Source: an uncultured delta proteobacterium (GTDB lineage Bacteria; Desulfobacterota; Zymogenia; Zymogenales; Zymogenaceae). Taken from it: 64,000 bases of DNA. Position 1 is the first letter of the stretch. Each line of letters starts with the position of its first letter. Location: contig CAWBYW010000009.1 in assembly GCA_963792965.1 (NCBI GenBank), positions 96,001 through 160,000 of the forward strand. Reading direction: 5' to 3'. The notes below the pieces were generated by a model, which made no database searches, had not been told where the DNA came from, and saw nothing but the letters and a program-made list of their open reading frames with translations. The position numbers and the translations under genes are program-made. Below are positions 8,947-19,436 of the stretch, piece after piece.

Positions 8947-10440
8947 ATGGTTCGACTCAGATACTTCTCTATTTTGCTCCTTGCCGTGCTGATTCTTTTG
9001 CCCGTGAGCGGCTTCGGGATCGACGTGGCCAAGGTACCCACCCAGGCCGAGATCACGGGGTGGATCGACACGCTCTGTACCCCGAATAACCGAAGGCCCG
9101 GCGAGGCCGGCGACCGCATGGCCGAGGATTTCATCTACCAGAAGTTCACCGAATTCGGCCTGAAAGACGTGAAGAAGGAGCCCGTCGATCTCACCGTCTG
9201 GCATGCGAACTCCTGGTCCCTTACGGCGGGCGATCAGAAAGTGCCGTCATTTTATGTCCTCAACACCGGCTTTACCCCGAAAGAGGGGATAACCGCCCAG
9301 CTTGTCTACCTCAAGAACGGGACCGTTGAGGACTTCAAGGCGGCCGACGTGAAGGGGAAGATCGCCGTGATCGACCTCGACTTCGGGATACTCCCGGCGC
9401 TCCCGCTGATCCTCATGGCATCCTACTACGTCTACGATCCCGGCCACACCTTCCTCTGGTGGGAGTGGCAGCCCACCACCTGGGTGAGGGAGAACTGGGA
9501 CGCAGAGCCCGCCAAGAAGGGTGTCGAGAACACGAAGAACGCCTATGACCTCGCCATAAAAAACGGCGCCGCGGGCCTCGTCTGGATATTGAAGGATCAG
9601 CCCACGAACATCAATTCCTACTATAGCCCCTACGAGGGTATCATGACCGAGCTTCCCGCCCTCTACGTGGGAAAGTACGACGGAAAAGAACTGAAAGAGC
9701 GACTCAAGAAGGAAACCCTGAAGGGCACAATGGTGCTCTTAGGGACCAAGACCCCCGGCATCATGCATGACGTCTACGGGGTGCTTCCCGGCAAATCCAA
9801 GGATAGCTTCCTCATCACCACCCACCACGATTCCCCGTTCAAGGGATACATCGAGGACGGCACCGGGGTGGGGATGATACTGAGCCTGGCAAAATATTTC
9901 TCCCGGATCCCGGAGAGCGAGCGGGAAAAGACGCTTATCTTCGTGGCGTCGGCGGGTCACTTCTACGGCTCCAAGGGCATGGAGTCCTGGATCAATACCC
10001 ACAAGAAGGATTACGTCAAGGATATCGTGCTCAACCTCAACATGGAACATATCGCCGCGAAGGAATTCGTGGAAAACAAACAAGGCAACTTCGAGTATTC
10101 GGGCAAGATGCAGACGCGGGGCATCTTCATCTACAACAATAATCACTATAAGCAGGCGATCGCCGAGGCGCTGAACGACACAAGGCTGGGGCGCTCCATC
10201 GTCGTCGCGATCACCGCGCTTGGCGAGGATCCACCGGGCGAGGGCATTTACTCCAACAGGGCCGGTATCCCGATCATCCACTACATCAGCGGGCCGACCT
10301 ACCTGCTGGTCGACGCGGACACAAGAGACAAGATAAATTTCGATGAGCTGGTCCCCGCGGCGAAGACCTTCATCGAGGTCATCGAAAAGCTTGCGCCCCT
10401 GTCCAGAGAAGAGCTCAGAAAGAAAGAGAAGGAGGAGTAG
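8947..10440 (+). CDS. Secreted M28 family peptidase with PA domain
   Basis: Signal peptide, DVKGKIAV PA domain, ITTHHDSPFKGYIEDGTG; RBS GGAGG. Confidence 0.8.
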   Translation: MVRLRYFSILLLAVLILLPVSGFGIDVAKVPTQAEITGWIDTLCTPNNRRPGEAGDRMAEDFIYQKFTEFGLKDVKKEPVDLTVWHANSWSLTAGDQKVPSFYVLNTGFTPKEGITAQLVYLKNGTVEDFKAADVKGKIAVIDLDFGILPALPLILMASYYVYDPGHTFLWWEWQPTTWVRENWDAEPAKKGVENTKNAYDLAIKNGAAGLVWILKDQPTNINSYYSPYEGIMTELPALYVGKYDGKELKERLKKETLKGTMVLLGTKTPGIMHDVYGVLPGKSKDSFLITTHHDSPFKGYIEDGTGVGMILSLAKYFSRIPESEREKTLIFVASAGHFYGSKGMESWINTHKKDYVKDIVLNLNMEHIAAKEFVENKQGNFEYSGKMQTRGIFIYNNNHYKQAIAEALNDTRLGRSIVVAITALGEDPPGEGIYSNRAGIPIIHYISGPTYLLVDADTRDKINFDELVPAAKTFIEVIEKLAPLSREELRKKEKEE

Positions 10441-10443
10441 AAA

Positions 10444-10722
10444 ATGAAAAACAGAAAAGTGGTGAGCTTTCTGATCTCGCTGTTCTCCCCGATCCTCCCT
10501 ATCGCCGCCGTTCTCCTCATTGACCGAATCGAACAGGCGGCAGCTCTCCTCGTTGTCTCGGTCATCATCCTGGCCGTGGTGGTCTGCTCGGTGATTATGT
10601 TGTTGAAGACAAAGGAAAAATCGCCGGGGATGAAGATCATCGGGACGATCTGTGCCGTCCTCGGCATTCTGATCACGGTGATCGTCGGACTTATCGCCGG
10701 ATGGACGCTGACGAAGATATAG
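10444..10722 (+). CDS. Small membrane protein (3 TM)
   Basis: Hydrophobic 92 aa, RBS GGAG, directly after the peptidase gene. Confidence 0.7.
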   Translation: MKNRKVVSFLISLFSPILPIAAVLLIDRIEQAAALLVVSVIILAVVVCSVIMLLKTKEKSPGMKIIGTICAVLGILITVIVGLIAGWTLTKI

Positions 10723-10744
10723 TCCGGATAAAACGCCACATTGA

Positions 10745-10777
10745 GGGGGGAACCTCCCGGAGGTCCCCCCTTTCTTT
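10745..10777 (+). terminator. Rho-independent terminator
   Basis: GGGGGGAACCTCCCGGAGGTCCCCCC hairpin followed by TTTCTTT. Confidence 0.7.
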
Positions 10778-11196
10778 GTGGCACGCCGGTTAAGCCCGGA
10801 AGCCCGGCATCATCCTTTCACGCGCTTTTTGGCCTTATGCCTTCCACGAGAAACATCCGTCCGGCCTGGCCACGTGCCGGCACGACGTTTCATTGCTCCT
10901 TCCCCGTGCAACACGTCAGCAACTTGCCCGAAGCCGCTCCATGATGGGGCCCGTAAGGTGATCGTGGAGTAACCTGTTATTATTATCTATTCCGCACCAC
11001 GACAAAGAGGGAATCCGCGCGGACCCCCCGCGCCGCCCGTCGAACCATGACCGTTCATCTCTGCAACAGATCAACCAATCGTCACGTGAAAGGCCCCCTC
11101 GGCCCCCGAGACCCCCCAAAAAGGCCAAAAAAACGTGAAAACGGGGCAAAAGACGGCACAATCGGAGGTCTATACCCGGCCTGCCTCACGACTCTG

Positions 11197-11211
11197 TGGC
11201 ACGCGGATTGC
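11197..11211 (+). promoter_or_regulatory. sigma54 -24/-12 promoter
   Basis: TGGCAC-GCGGA-TTGC, 66 bp upstream of the small ORF at 11277. Confidence 0.75.
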
Positions 11212-11276
11212 TTAATAGAAGACAGAGAGAAAGTCAGAACGCGTTTTCAACAGCGCTCGTAATGGGGGGAAAGACG

Positions 11277-11363
11277 ATGAAAGATGACGACGTTGGAAGC
11301 TGGATCATGGTTGTTCTCATGCTTTTTTTAACGATGTATCTGTTATATATGACCGTCGCCTGA
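11277..11363 (+). CDS. 28-aa single-TM small protein (paralog 1)
   Basis: MKDDDVGSWIMVVLMLFLTMYLLYMTVA; G-rich RBS; paralog at 12462 differs mostly at synonymous sites. Confidence 0.8.
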   Translation: MKDDDVGSWIMVVLMLFLTMYLLYMTVA

Positions 11364-11527
11364 AGACGGCCGAACAAGGGAGTGAGTGGAAATCGAGTGG
11401 AGTTTTGATAGGCAAACCGGCCGCGGACTTCGCGCCGTCCTTTATCTCTCTCTTCTCACCTTCCGCTCATTGCATCCGGCAAAGTCGCGAGCGTTTCATT
11501 AGTAATTTTAGCCTGCGCGGTGGAACT

Positions 11528-12076
11528 ATGAAAGTCGGTGAGTTTAAATTCGACGAGCTCTTGAGCTTTGACCCTCATTGGGGACAAATCCTCTTCAAAG
11601 GCGAAGATTTACGCAGGATGAGCGCCGAGTCATTCGGAGACCTCCTCAATGAAACCATCGATATCGCCGGACCCAACATGGCCCGGGTATTGATGGAGCA
11701 CATCGGCCGCACCGCCGGAAAGAGCGACGCACACACGATCAGGGAAACGCGTCCCGCCGGGACCGATCTGGACTGGCTGGCCTTCGAGCCCACCATCCGT
11801 ACCTGGGAGGGAATCGTCGAAGGGGTCCCGGAGACCGTAGACATCGACCGGAGATCGGGAAGGTTTTACATCAAGGGGATCTGGAAGAACTCGTTCTTTG
11901 CCGAACAGTACGTCAGGCATTTCGGGAAGTCAAAAGACCCGGTCTGCTGGTTATTGAACGGATACGCCACGGGCTATGCGAGTGAGTTCTTCGGCGCCCA
12001 CCTTGTCGCGCGTGAGCTTACGTGCAGGGGAATGGGCGACGATGCCTGCCGCTTCGAGATCGCGCCCATGCAGTAG
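11528..12076 (+). CDS. Stand-alone XylR-N/V4R domain protein
   Basis: GIWKNSFFAEQY, DPVCWLLNGYATGYASEFFG...ELTCRGMGDDACRF; stops right after V4R, no AAA+ domain. Confidence 0.85.
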   Translation: MKVGEFKFDELLSFDPHWGQILFKGEDLRRMSAESFGDLLNETIDIAGPNMARVLMEHIGRTAGKSDAHTIRETRPAGTDLDWLAFEPTIRTWEGIVEGVPETVDIDRRSGRFYIKGIWKNSFFAEQYVRHFGKSKDPVCWLLNGYATGYASEFFGAHLVARELTCRGMGDDACRFEIAPMQ

Positions 12077-12461
12077 CACGCCCTCTCTCCGGCCGACGCG
12101 CATGGGGCCCCGCCTTCTATTCGGTATCGCCGTGGGGTCGGGGGCGGATTTCACGGCCTGGTGGAATCGAGACCCGAATCGACGCCCCCAAGGGGCATTG
12201 CGTCAGGAGCCGCACGATCCGTAGATCAAATACGTTCATGCCCGTTCCATAGAAAAGACGATTGCAAAAACCACCGTTACCCCGCACACGCGTGGCCCCA
12301 TACCGTATAAAAAAGGTTACGGACAAGGCAAAATTCTCCGCAAACAGAAGTTTACTGTTAGCTGCGTCACAGCTCAAGCGATAAGAGCTGTTAACATGGA
12401 TGATGAGAGATGAACCGAAATACCTATGGTTTCGATAGTGCGGAAAATGAGGAGACAAGCA

Positions 12462-12548
12462 ATGAAGTATGATGATGTCGGTAGTTGGCTTATGGTGATT
12501 ATTATGCTCTTCCTGACGATGTACCTCCTTTATATGACCATCTTCTAA
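12462..12548 (+). CDS. 28-aa single-TM small protein (paralog 2)
   Basis: MKYDDVGSWLMVIIMLFLTMYLLYMTIF; RBS GAGGAG; 22/28 identical to paralog 1. Confidence 0.8.
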   Translation: MKYDDVGSWLMVIIMLFLTMYLLYMTIF

Positions 12549-12850
12549 TATCACTCGGAGAGCATTCGACGACGGACGACGACCACCGGATGTCTCCGCC
12601 ACCCCTCTCCACGCCCGCCACAACTTTCCTTCACGCATTTCAGAACGACGACACCTCGCCCGTAATTTTAGCCCGGCTGACCCTCTGCATTTTCGCCCCT
12701 GGCCCGTCCGGAAGACGCATGCGCTTACACTCGGGGGGGATAATCGTGGGCGGCGGTGGGGGCACACAGGCGAGATACCTTCGTAACCTTAGGGCGGGCC
12801 GGCTTCTCTTGAAGGAAGCCAACGGCGTGCTCAGGAAAGTTCTATCTTCT

Positions 12851-13265
12851 TTATTTCTTCTCCTTTACCGTTGCGATGGTGAGCTTCTCAAACCCCGCCC
12901 GTTTCGCGGCGTCCATGACGGACACGACCGCCCCATGCGTCGCGTCGGAGTCCGCCCGGATGACGATATTCCCGGAGGGATTCGTTTTTTTGAGCGCCGG
13001 TGAGCTTATCCAGAAGAGTATCCGGAGTATAGGCCTGGTCTTCCATCATGATCTCGTTTTGCCTCGTCACCACCACGACCACCTCCTCGCCCGGTTTTGG
13101 GAGCTCTTCCACGGCGGATTTGGGCAGCTCCACCTTGAGGCCGGACGGATGGACAAAGGTCGTGGAAAGGACGAAGAATATGATAAGGTTGAGCACCACA
13201 TCGATAAGAGAGGTCAGGTTAATAAATACCTCTCCCTGCGATTTTGCCTTTTTCCTGAAGTTCAT
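12851..13265 (-). CDS. exbD: ExbD/TolR biopolymer transport protein (frameshift near 12975)
   Basis: INLTSLIDVVLNLIIFF; C-terminal ...AGFEKLTIATVKEKK* lies in another frame. Confidence 0.85.
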
Positions 13266-13274
13266 GCCCCCCCC

Positions 13275-13892
13275 TTACTGGTCTCCCTTGATGATATCTA
13301 CCAGCCCGATGGAATACTGCTGCATATCCAGCACGAGGTCCTTGACCTTGCCCAACAGGTAGTGATAACCGATGAGCGCGGGGATTGCAACGGTGAGGCC
13401 GCTGGCGGTGGTGATGAGCGCCACCGAGATGCCCCCGGCAAGCTGGGACGGATCGGCGACATTACCTCCCACGACCTTTTCAAAAACCTGGATCATCCCC
13501 TGGACGGTTCCCAATAGCCCCAGAAGCGGGCTGACCTGGGCGATCACCGAGAGGACTCCCACGTATTTCTCGATATACTCCGCCTCCTGTCCCCCGACCT
13601 CCTCGACGGCGACCTTGATGGCGTCCCGTTTCTTTCCGTAGTTGTTCATCGCGGCCTGAAAGATCCGCCCCATGGGGGAGCGATCACGCTCGAGGAGTAC
13701 CGTCACGTCGTCTATTCGGTTCTGTTTGAGCAGCACCTCCACATCTCTCAGAAGATCGTCCGGGATGATCCTCTTCCTCCTGAGGAAGAAGATCCTCTCA
13801 AGGAAGACCCCGAGGGCAACCACGGAGCACAGGATAATCGGGATCATCAACACCCCGCCGCTGATGATAAAATCAAGGAAACTCTTCATCAT
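13275..13892 (-). CDS. exbB: MotA/TolQ/ExbB proton channel protein
   Basis: SPLLGLLGTVQGMI, GISVALITTASGL. Confidence 0.9.
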   Translation of the reverse strand: MMKSFLDFIISGGVLMIPIILCSVVALGVFLERIFFLRRKRIIPDDLLRDVEVLLKQNRIDDVTVLLERDRSPMGRIFQAAMNNYGKKRDAIKVAVEEVGGQEAEYIEKYVGVLSVIAQVSPLLGLLGTVQGMIQVFEKVVGGNVADPSQLAGGISVALITTASGLTVAIPALIGYHYLLGKVKDLVLDMQQYSIGLVDIIKGDQ

Positions 13893-13899
13893 TGCTCCC

Positions 13900-15165
13900 C
13901 TATTTATTCAACAGGTCTTTGACCCGGACCACTTCCACCTCGGAGCCGGCCAGCCTCTTTTCCATCTCTTTGAGGGCCTGGATTGTCTCCGGACGGGGAT
14001 GGCAGATGGCAAGGGCCTTCCCGTTCTTTTTTGCCTTCTTGATGAGCTCATCGATCCTCATCTTGATCTTTTCTACGTCCGATTCGTTATCCAGGAAGAC
14101 GTCTCGCTCAAGCGCGGCCACGCCGAGATTCCTGGCAAGATCGTAAGCGATGGATTTTGAGGTCGTCCTCGAATCGACGAAGAAGAGCTGCCTTTCCTTT
14201 ATTTTCAAAAGGACGATCTTCATTTTCTCCCGGTCCTGGGTGAGGAGGGAGCCCATATGGTTATTGACTCCGCTGATATACGGGACCCCGTCGAGGTCGC
14301 CGGCCAGCGTGTTAACGAATTCTTCATCGCCCATAAAGACGAAAAGGCCCCCCGGCCCGGGATTATACTTCGGGTAGTCGATGGGCTCCATCGGGAGATG
14401 GAGCATCACCTCTCTCCCCTTTCCATGCGCCCGCTTTGCCACCTCGGCCGTATAGCTGTAATGGGGGAAGACCGAAAAGGTGACGGGATATTTCAGGGCC
14501 AATAGGTCTGTGACGAAGTTCTTATTGGGCCCCATGTCGTCGATGATAATGGCCACCCTCGGGAGGACTCGATGGGGGGGGACCGGTGTCGGGGGCTTGG
14601 TGGAGACAAAGGTGAGGCTCCGGATCGGCACCCCGTAGGCATAGACGGTCATCTCGAAGCCGCTCTCTATAACCTCGCCCGATTCCTCCCTGAGAACGCC
14701 CGGATACCCTCCGACATACCCGGAGAGGTACTCTCTGATCTTCTCCGCCCTCAGTCCCTCGGGGATCGTATAGCGCTCCCCGATCTCCGTGTACCCAATA
14801 CCACCCTCCCGGCGGGCGGTCTCTTGTCGATCGGCGAGAGAATCGGCGCCGATCCCGAGGTCCGCGATCGCTCCCGTGATGTCTTCATTGAGGATCGCGA
14901 TCCTACGCGAGATCTCGTCCTTCCCGAGGGGCAAGCGGACAGCATTTGGAACGGCAGGGGAGGAAGGGAGCTCCCCCCCTCCCCTTTTGCCGATCGCGTA
15001 CATCAATAATAAAACGGCACAGGTCAACACGAGAAGAAGAAAGGCGGAAAAGATAAGATATCGTCGTGTGCGAAACCGGGGCGATTTCCTCTTCGCCGAA
15101 CGGATGGCCGCTCTCGATGATCCTCCTCTTCCCCTCCCGGTTTTATCTGCCATAGTCATCGGCAT
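13900..15165 (-). CDS. Divergent polysaccharide deacetylase family protein (YibQ-like)
   Basis: IIIDDMG, LHLPMEP, NNHMGS, FVDSRT, RDVFLD. Confidence 0.9.
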   Translation of the reverse strand: MPMTMADKTGRGRGGSSRAAIRSAKRKSPRFRTRRYLIFSAFLLLVLTCAVLLLMYAIGKRGGGELPSSPAVPNAVRLPLGKDEISRRIAILNEDITGAIADLGIGADSLADRQETARREGGIGYTEIGERYTIPEGLRAEKIREYLSGYVGGYPGVLREESGEVIESGFEMTVYAYGVPIRSLTFVSTKPPTPVPPHRVLPRVAIIIDDMGPNKNFVTDLLALKYPVTFSVFPHYSYTAEVAKRAHGKGREVMLHLPMEPIDYPKYNPGPGGLFVFMGDEEFVNTLAGDLDGVPYISGVNNHMGSLLTQDREKMKIVLLKIKERQLFFVDSRTTSKSIAYDLARNLGVAALERDVFLDNESDVEKIKMRIDELIKKAKKNGKALAICHPRPETIQALKEMEKRLAGSEVEVVRVKDLLNK

Positions 15166-15287
15166 CGGCTCGAAGTTCGTTCTTTTTGCATGTCTTGTCG
15201 CCTGTAAGGCGTCCGTCCGTGCGCCCGGCCGGCGTCCCGGTGATCGTCCCGGATAGGTGCCGCGCCGAGACGCACGGTGCCGTCGCC

Positions 15288-16533
15288 CTATTTGCCAATA
15301 ATCCCTTTATACTTGTTCCAGTTGAGGATGACTTCTTTGGCCTTATCGAGCTGGATATCCGGTTTTTTCGCCGTCTCAGGTGCGACCGGAAGCTCTCCGC
15401 CGTTGGTCCCCTCTCCAGTGTCCTTGACCTCGACGATGATGTCCGGGATAATCCCCTTGCCGTCGATGGAAGTGCCGTTCGGCGTATAGTACTTGGCGGT
15501 CGTGAGCTTGAGGCCCGATCCGTCCGGGAGCGGTATGATCGTCTGCACCGATCCCTTGCCGTAGGTCTTCTCGCCGATGAGGATGGCCCGTTTGCGATCC
15601 TTCAGCGCCCCCGAGACAATCTCCGACGCGCTGGCGCTGCCGCCGTTAACCAGGACGACCATAGGGATGTCAGCCGGCAGTGTCGAGTCCTTTTTCGCGG
15701 TAAAGGTCATGTCGCTCCCCGCAACCCGTCCCTTGGTGGAGACGATGATGCCCTCATCGATGAAGAAATTGGCGACCTCAACCGATTGCACCAACAACCC
15801 GCCTGGGTCGTTTCTGAGATCGAGGATGATGCCCCTGATGTTGCCGTTGGTCTTCTTGACGATCTCATCCAGCGCAGCCCGGGTATCCTCTCCCGTCCGT
15901 TCCTGGAACTGGGTGATCCGCAGATAAGCGACATTGTTGTCGTATATCTCATATTTGACGCTCTTGATGTTGATGACCTCGCGGGTGATGAGATAGTCCC
16001 TGGGCTTCGTCAACCCCTTTCGAATGATCGAGATGGTCACCTTCGTGCCGGCCGGTCCCCGGAGCTTCTTCACGGCATCTATGAGCGACATCCCGTCGGT
16101 CGGGCTTACCCTCGATCGAGACGATCTTGTCGCCCGCCTTCAGGCCCATCCGCCATGCCGGCGTGTCCTCGATCGGCGAGATGATGCCGGGGTAGCCGTC
16201 GATGATGCCCAGCTCTATCCCGAGCCCCCCGAAGCTCCCCGACGTCTCCACCTGGAATTCCTTATATTCGTCCGGGGTAAAGAAGGCGCTGTGGGGATCC
16301 AAAGAAGAGACCATCCCCCTGATGGCGCCGGTGATCAGCGTGTTGACGTCAACCGGGTCGACGTAGTTCTCCTTGATAAGGTTCAGTACGTCGATGAACT
16401 GCTCGAGATCCTTGTAGCTGTTGGCCGGAGTGGCCGCCAACACCCTATCCAATCCCTTTCCCACCGAGATCCCGACAAGAAAGATCAGGGCGCAGACGAT
16501 GATGACCCTGACCCTGCCGTTTTTTCCTGACAT
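15288..16533 (-). CDS. ctpA: S41 carboxy-terminal protease (frameshift near 16105)
   Basis: LDPHS, PDZ domain, LDLRNDPGG, SASASEI, TYGKGSVQ across two ORFs. Confidence 0.9.
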
Positions 16534-16580
16534 TGTTTTATCTCCTTTTTGTGATTAACGGCCGTACGCGGACACATCCC

Positions 16581-17800
16581 TCATTTCCGCGCAAGCCAGT
16601 TTTCCGGATCGGTTGTGTCGCCGTGATGGCGTACCTCAAAATAGAGCATGGCCCCTTTCAAAGACCCGGTATCGCCCACCGTAGCGATCTTCTCCCTGGA
16701 CGCGACCCTGTCACCGACCTTTTTGAGAAGATCCTTTGCGTGGGCGTAGACCGTGTAGTAGTTGTCTCCGTGATCGATGATGATAAGGTTACCGTAGCCC
16801 GAGAAATAGTCCGCATAGATGACCTGTCCGTCCGCCACGGCGATGATCGGGCTGCCGGTGGGCGCCTGAATCTCTATCCCCTTGTTGTATATCGGGTTGT
16901 CGTATTTCGGGTCTCTGCCCCTGCCGTATTTCGTAATGATAGCGCCCGACGCCGGGTACGGGAGTCTTCCTCTCAGGCCGGCAAAATACCCGCCCGGAAG
17001 GGGTCGACACATGTTCCGTCGTCGGGGCCTTCTTTTCTTTCCTTTCTTTCTCCTGTTGTTCCCGTTCCCTGTTCTCCTTTTCTATCTGCAGCGTCTCGAT
17101 GAGGGAGGTAAGCTTCTTTTCGGCCGTCTCGAGCTCCAGGAGCGCCTGTTCGTATGACGACTTCTCCACCCTGATGCCGTTCAGATAGTCCGTCCTCTTT
17201 TCCTTTTCTTCCAAGAGGTCGAGGGTCTTCTTATCGGCGTTATCCTTCAGCAGGGAAAGGGTGTTCTTCTTTACCTTCAGGTCACGCACGTTCTCCTTCA
17301 GGACAGCGAGATCCGCCCTGAAGGAGGCAAAGAGGACCCGATCGGAATAGATAACGGCCGACAGATATTTCCCCCTGCGCTGAAGATCATCGGTGCTTTT
17401 CGAGCTAAAGAGGACGGGCAAATATCCGGTTCCCCCAAGCTTATAGAGGCTGACGAGCCTCTTGGAGATGTCCGCACTGCTTTGTCTCGAGTTTTTTCGT
17501 CAAATCGGCAATCCGAGCTTCAAGTCCCTCGATGTCGATGTTTGTCGTGTCAATCTCACGACTGATGGAAACGAGCTCCTTTTCCTTGCCGGAGAGTCTG
17601 TTGTCCATCTCCGAGAGTTGCGTCAGGATCGATTTCTCTTCCCGTGAGGCATCATCGATCTTCTTGTGCTTCTCCTGGATCTCCTCCTTTATGGTGGAGA
17701 GCTCTTTCTGCTTCTCCCCGATCTCCTGGGCAACTCCCCCGAGGGGGATACAGACAATGACAAACGCGAGGGCGGCTGCTGCTTTTGCCCACGGCCTCAT
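16581..17800 (-). CDS. envC: Murein hydrolase activator EnvC (coiled coil + M23), two frameshifts
   Basis: Signal peptide and coiled coil in ORFs 17441..17800 and 16789..17421; M23-like GYGNLIIIDH...YAH...LYFEVR in 16581..17012. Confidence 0.85.
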
Positions 17801-17801
17801 A

Positions 17802-18701
17802 CTATGCCTTTAATAATCTCCCGAACGAAAAGAGACTCCCCATAACTCCGATGACCACGCCGCCGAGGATGATGGAGACCACGACAGCGGGCGAGAAAAA
17901 TACGAGTTTCTCGGTGCCAAACAGAAGGCTCATCCCCTGGTAATAGTGTCTCATAAAATAGTCAAATAGGAAAGAGAGCCCGACAAGGGCGACAGCGGAG
18001 CCCAAAAGCCCGACGATCATTCCTTCCATAACGATCGGTATCTTGATGAAGGCGTCGGTCGCACCCACGAGCTTCATGATCTCGATCTCCTGTCTGCGGG
18101 AGAGGATGATGAGCCTGAGCGTATTGGAGATGATCGCGACGGCCGAAAGCGACAGCATCATCCCCGCGGCAACCCCCGCCGCCCTCACCAGCCGGACGAA
18201 CTCGTGAAACCTCGAAAGCCACTCCTGGGCATAGGCCACATCCTCGACGCCGGTCATGCGCCCGATCTTATCGGCCACGAGCTTCACGTCTTCGGGTGAC
18301 CGGGATTCCTCCTTGAGCGTCACCTCAAACGAGGCCGGCAGGGGGTTGCTCTCCAGCCCCTCCAGGACGTCGGCCTGTTCCTGAAACGACTCCCTGAGAT
18401 AGGCCAGCGCCTCGTCCTTGGAGACGTAGGAGACGTCCCGGACCTCCTTTATGGAAAGGATCGCGTTCCTCACCTCTTCGGTGGCGTCCTTTGAGATAAA
18501 ATCGGAAAGGTACACGGTGACGTGGACTTTTTCACCGATGCCCGAAAGGATCCCCGTGAGGTTGACGAAAAACAGGAGATACGCGCAGAAAATGAAGACG
18601 GCGACGGCGATCGTCGAGGCCGCCAGGAGGTTGACAAAGGGGTACGCCTTGATATTCGAGAGTGATTTCCTGGTAAAGTAGGACAGCCTTTGAAGGAACA
18701 T
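17802..18701 (-). CDS. ftsX: Cell division permease FtsX
   Basis: NPLPASF, ISNTLRL, EIEIMKLVGAT. Confidence 0.93.
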   Translation of the reverse strand: MFLQRLSYFTRKSLSNIKAYPFVNLLAASTIAVAVFIFCAYLLFFVNLTGILSGIGEKVHVTVYLSDFISKDATEEVRNAILSIKEVRDVSYVSKDEALAYLRESFQEQADVLEGLESNPLPASFEVTLKEESRSPEDVKLVADKIGRMTGVEDVAYAQEWLSRFHEFVRLVRAAGVAAGMMLSLSAVAIISNTLRLIILSRRQEIEIMKLVGATDAFIKIPIVMEGMIVGLLGSAVALVGLSFLFDYFMRHYYQGMSLLFGTEKLVFFSPAVVVSIILGGVVIGVMGSLFSFGRLLKA

Positions 18702-19355
18702 TCAGTTTATGATCCTTCCCCCGTTCAGGGAGATGAGCCGTTTATGAAACCGCTCGACGATATCCTTGTTATGGGTGGCCATGATGACGGTGGCCCCGCG
18801 CTTGTGGATGTAGTCCATGAGCCTGATGATGTCGAGCGTGAGCTCCGAGTCGAGGTTGCCCGTCGGCTCGTCGGCGATCAGGATCGGCGGCTCGTTGGCG
18901 ACGGCGCGCGCGATGGCCACCCGCTGCTGCTGGCCTCCGGAGAGCTCGAGGGGCTTCGCGTCGTACTTATCCTCGATGCCGACGAACTTGAGGACCCGCG
19001 TGACCTGTTTCTTGATCTCTCTGTTCGGCATCCCCATGACTTCAAGGGGGAAGGCGATATTCTCGAAGACGCTCACCGTATTGATGAGCTTGAAGTCCTG
19101 GAAGACCACGCCCACCGCCCGCCTGAGGTAGGGAATCTTACGCTCTTTGATGGTGCTGACGTTGACCCCGTTGATGAAGACCTGCCCCTTGGTGGCCCGC
19201 TCGGCGAGATAGAGAAGCTTGAGGAGGGTGGTCTTGCCCGCGCCCGAGGGACCCGTCAGGAAGACGAATTCACCCCGCGCGATGGAGAGCGTGATATCGG
19301 AAAGGGCGTCCGTTCCCGTCCCGTAGGTCTTATAGACATGGTGAAGACGGATCAT
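18702..19355 (-). CDS. ftsE: Cell division ATP-binding protein FtsE
   Basis: [34 protein letters not shown]. Confidence 0.95.
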   Translation of the reverse strand: MIRLHHVYKTYGTGTDALSDITLSIARGEFVFLTGPSGAGKTTLLKLLYLAERATKGQVFINGVNVSTIKERKIPYLRRAVGVVFQDFKLINTVSVFENIAFPLEVMGMPNREIKKQVTRVLKFVGIEDKYDAKPLELSGGQQQRVAIARAVANEPPILIADEPTGNLDSELTLDIIRLMDYIHKRGATVIMATHNKDIVERFHKRLISLNGGRIIN

Positions 19356-19436
19356 CCGACCGCGTATCCCTTAAAAAAAGAATCATTATCCGAAAGACAC
19401 CGGCCTACTGTCTCGGAAATGATTCTTTTCGATCCA

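Noticed and set aside
10779-10793. TGGCACGCCGGTTAA, a possible sigma54 box
   Set aside because: -12 element lacks the conserved GC; lies right after a terminator
11277-11363. Met-rich ORF as an attenuator leader peptide for the downstream V4R gene
   Set aside because: Its paralog at 12462 has no downstream co-oriented gene, and conservation covers the whole TM helix rather than a codon run
11405-11527. GGCAAACC motif suggesting a c-di-GMP-I riboswitch (also similar motifs near 5540 minus and 12327)
   Set aside because: No GNRA-capped P2 stem followed by GACGCAAA, so the structure cannot be built; an Infernal scan would settle it
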